Source of the DNA: Acutalibacteraceae bacterium
GTDB taxonomy: Bacteria; Bacillota; Clostridia; Oscillospirales; Acutalibacteraceae
NCBI GenBank assembly: GCA_045661365.1
Contig: JAZRFL010000028.1
Span: 1 to 44,073 of the forward strand
Length of the DNA stretch: 44,073 bases
Direction of reading: 5' to 3'
Notes under the pieces: generated by a model
The model's database searches: none
Told to the model about the DNA's origin: nothing
Seen by the model: only the letters and a program-made list of their open reading frames with translations
Made by a program: the position numbers and the translations under genes
Shown: one piece after another, positions 42,822-44,073 of the stretch
How positions within the stretch are numbered: the stretch's first letter is position 1
How the letters are laid out: every line of letters begins with the position of its first letter

Positions 42822-44073
42822 ATGTATCAGGTGTTATATCGCAAATGGCGTCCCAAAACCTTTTCCGACGTGTCGGGGCAGGATCATATTACCGTAACCT
42901 TAAAAAACGCCATAAAAAGCGGTCGGCTTTCCCATGCTTATTTGTTCACCGGCTCTCGGGGAACAGGCAAGACCTCTTGTGCCAAAATTTTGGCAAAAGC
43001 GGTCAACTGTTTACATCCGGTAGACGGCGACCCTTGCAACCAATGTGAAATTTGTAAAGGGATCGACGATGGCACCATTTTAGACGTAGAAGAAATCGAC
43101 GCCGCCTCCAACAACGGGGTAGACAATATTCGTGCCCTGCGGGAAGAAGTGTATTTTACCCCCACGGCAGGCAAATATCGGGTGTATATCATCGACGAGG
43201 TGCACATGTTGTCTGTGCCGGCATTTAATGCCTTGCTCAAAACCTTGGAGGAACCGCCCGAGCACGTAATCTTTGTATTGGCAACCACCGAGGTGCACAA
43301 GGTACCTGTAACGGTACTTTCCCGTTGTCAACGGTTCGACTTTGGTCGTATTGCCGACAGCGCCATTGCCGCAAGGTTGCATTTTGTGGCAAAACAAGAA
43401 CAGTTTTCACTACCGAACGATGCCGCCGAATTGATTGCTCGGTTGGCAGATGGTGGTATGCGAGATGCGTTGTCCATTTTGGATCGTTGTGCGGGAACCG
43501 ACGTGGTAGACGTAGAACGGATCAATCAAATCGTGGGTCTGCCCGGCAACGATCGACTGCATACGTTGGCTACGGCAGTGGCAACGGGTGACATAGCAAC
43601 CTGTTTGGCAAACTTGGAAGACTTACATCGCAATGCGGGTGACATGACTCGCTTGTGTGACCAAATGATCACCTATTTTCGCAACGTTATGTTGGCAAAA
43701 GCAGTCCCCAACCCCGCCAACCTTATGGTGTGCTCGGCCGAAGATCTGCGAGGGTTTATGAATGCCGCTCACCAATTTTCCATGGAACGAATTTTGCAGG
43801 TGTTGCAGGTGTTGCAAGAGGCACGGGAACACATGGCAGGGGCGGTCAATCAGCGGGTGGAATTGGAAATGGCCATGATCCGCTTAACCATGCCCACAAG
43901 CCAAACGGTTGTGCCAACACCCCAACCCGTTGAAAGACAGGCACCTCCTCCTATTTCTCCTGCACCGAACCCCCAACCGCAGGCGAAACCTGCCCCCCCA
44001 CCACCCAAGGAAGAAATTCCTGCGATTTTCAGAGCTGACCCTGTGGCGGAAGTTGATCTTCCGTGGAAAGAAG
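42822..44073 (+). CDS. dnaX: DNA polymerase III subunit gamma/tau, 5' part (runs off the window)
   Basis: MYQVLYRKWRPKTFSDVSGQDHI...GSRGTGKTSCAKILAKAVNC...YIIDEVHML. A GGGGGA RBS precedes the start. The frame is open to the window end, so the gene is absent from the stop-delimited ORF track. Confidence 0.95.
   Translation, partial: MYQVLYRKWRPKTFSDVSGQDHITVTLKNAIKSGRLSHAYLFTGSRGTGKTSCAKILAKAVNCLHPVDGDPCNQCEICKGIDDGTILDVEEIDAASNNGVDNIRALREEVYFTPTAGKYRVYIIDEVHMLSVPAFNALLKTLEEPPEHVIFVLATTEVHKVPVTVLSRCQRFDFGRIADSAIAARLHFVAKQEQFSLPNDAAELIARLADGGMRDALSILDRCAGTDVVDVERINQIVGLPGNDRLHTLATAVATGDIATCLANLEDLHRNAGDMTRLCDQMITYFRNVMLAKAVPNPANLMVCSAEDLRGFMNAAHQFSMERILQVLQVLQEAREHMAGAVNQRVELEMAMIRLTMPTSQTVVPTPQPVERQAPPPISPAPNPQPQAKPAPPPPKEEIPAIFRADPVAEVDLPWKE

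Noticed and set aside
42822-44073. A programmed -1 frameshift site in dnaX (A AAA AAG type).
   Set aside because: No such slippery heptamer is visible in the part of dnaX contained in the window. The relevant region may lie beyond the window end.

Overview
The window looks like a Clostridia-type Firmicute chromosome. Evidence: GGAGG ribosome-binding sites, SigA-like TTGACA/TTGATT-N17-TATAAT/TATACT promoters, tadA-SRP RNA-dnaX synteny, and many dockerin modules. GC is about 50% by eye. Core genes sit at both ends. The left end carries an FHA-fused SEDS (FtsW/RodA) gene plus class B PBP, rpmE, a YigZ/IMPACT gene, a YabE-like 3D/G5 wall protein, a THUMP RNA methyltransferase, a DAG-type lipid kinase, a histidine phosphatase, an XRE regulator, an M18 aminopeptidase and zapA. 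The right end carries a metallophosphoesterase, a CPBP protease, tadA, a DivIVA-like coiled-coil protein, SRP RNA and the 5' part of dnaX. Three accessory parts stand out. (1) A low-GC two-gene cassette at 9.6-12.6 kb encodes a dockerin-bearing S8 subtilase and a partner lipoprotein. (2) A 14-kb co-directional block at 16.2-30.3 kb has two ATPase-less CUT1-type sugar ABC importers bracketing an NHL/TPR/Yip1 membrane protein and an 894-aa lipoprotein with no motif I can recognise. I rate this the best candidate for an undescribed system. (3) Four tandem, mosaic paralogs at 30.4-39.0 kb encode CBM9-like domain, helical 66-aa repeat stalk (1, 8, 3 and 1 copies) and dockerin, with clear gene-conversion tracts. 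A fifth relative lies at 4.3-5.6 kb. I saw no CRISPR array, tRNA, rRNA, transposase, integrase or phage gene. All family calls rest on motifs read by eye and need HMM or structure confirmation.
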